Shown here in pieces: positions 62,830 to 64,000 of a stretch of 64,000 nt of DNA (position 1 is its first letter; every line of letters begins with the position of its first letter). Position numbers and translations under genes: made by a program. Under the pieces are notes generated by a model, which worked only from the letters and a program-made list of their open reading frames with translations, was not told where the DNA came from and made no database searches. Source of the DNA: Lingula anatina. Taxonomy: Eukaryota > Animalia > Brachiopoda. The stretch is from NCBI GenBank assembly GCA_051362555.1, contig CM120641.1, positions 23,690,401 to 23,754,400 on the forward strand, given 5' to 3'.

Positions 62830-64000
62830 TGGCAGACAGCAACTACAGTTTTCAACCTTCAAATAAAGAAGACCTGTCTCACCTACTTCAACTTGTCGCA
62901 ACTACCACATTTTTTCAAAAGGGCTGATGTGCACGTAGAGCCCTGGTTGCCCCCTTAGCTTTTTTGCATAAATTGGCAATCTTTTTCATACTGATGATAT
63001 TTAAACAAAGAATCACTCGGATTGTTGTGTCAGTAGATACAGATTAAATTAGTGATACAGAAGGATAGATTTGCTTGAAATGAAGAGAAATGAAGTTTTA
63101 TTCCAATTTTCAGTCTTGCATCCGATTGCATCGAGTTCCAGAATATCGTGACCTCTAACGAACGCATTTTTTAAAAACCAAGTTTCAAGAGAACATTCTC
63201 CTGTCCTCTTGTCTTGTATGGCTTAGAAGTGCCATACAAACATCAGTGTTCACAAGTTTCTCATTGACAATGTGAATAATGAAGTCAATTTTAAAGCATA
63301 CATCTCTATATCGTTACAACGTCGTGCCGTCTCTTCTCAGCAAGTGTATGAAATTCGTTAAAAAACATAGACCAGTTTATACAGCATTTACAAGTGTTTA
63401 TTTTTTTTTATAAAATCAATTGCTAAAATAAGGGATCTTTTACAAACATTGGAAAGGACTTACATATACTTAATTTACACTAACTTTAGATGACAGTGTT
63501 CTAACACTAGTTATTGAAATCGATTTGACTGATCTCTGCTAGAAATTTGTGCAAAGTATGAAGAAAATCTTTAAAAAAATATTTAAAAATTGAAATGCTT
63601 GGATACAGAATGACTTGAATGCAGATCCTTCTGATCATTTCTTTGTCCTTTTGTTGGTATGTCAAATGTATTTTGTCAAAATGAAACCAAGTTTAGACAA
63701 AAATGTTCACATCAAATGGAAATAAAGTCATCGACTACAGGCTGCTGAAACACATAGAACTGAAACCACTGTTCACTTTTACTGCATCCCATCCAACCTT
63801 TTGTCACCTACATATCTTCATTCTGAAACGAAGGGAACATGAAGACAGTGAAAATGCATTACGTAATGCAAACATTTAAATGGGTCATTCTAACAGAAGC
63901 TTAAAATGATACAAAAGATTTTAAATGTTGTACCCGAAAAAGATCACATTCACACCCCATTACGACAATCTCTACAACAACAACAAAAAGAGGCCAAGCC

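Overview
AT-rich, intron-rich animal genomic DNA, probably a lophotrochozoan and likely a mollusc (inferred from gene structure and repeat types). It holds four protein-coding genes. (1) The 3' part of an EGFR/ErbB receptor tyrosine kinase (+, 5220-26327), whose 5' exons lie outside the window. (2) A FAM186-like coiled-coil gene (-, about 28654-43324). (3) A CSRNP/Axud1 gene (+, CDS 48477-53485), divergent from the FAM186-like gene. (4) LETMD1 (-, 56480-62829), tail-to-tail with CSRNP as in human 12q13. The most striking signal is an apparent combinatorial isoform system in EGFR. Two tandem, equal-length (194 nt), 41%-identical, phase-matched exons encode alternative versions of the ligand-binding half of domain III, a mutually exclusive switch like FGFR IIIb/IIIc. 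A hidden alternative last exon right after the kinase domain encodes a different 144-aa tail in which all five tyrosines are YxxL. There is also a candidate 24-nt microexon. The introns carry a Helentron/HINE element with a ~146-bp satellite, two related TA-flanked TIR elements and several Harbinger-type MITEs. All exon calls come from manual reading of splice sites and frames; no searches were run.
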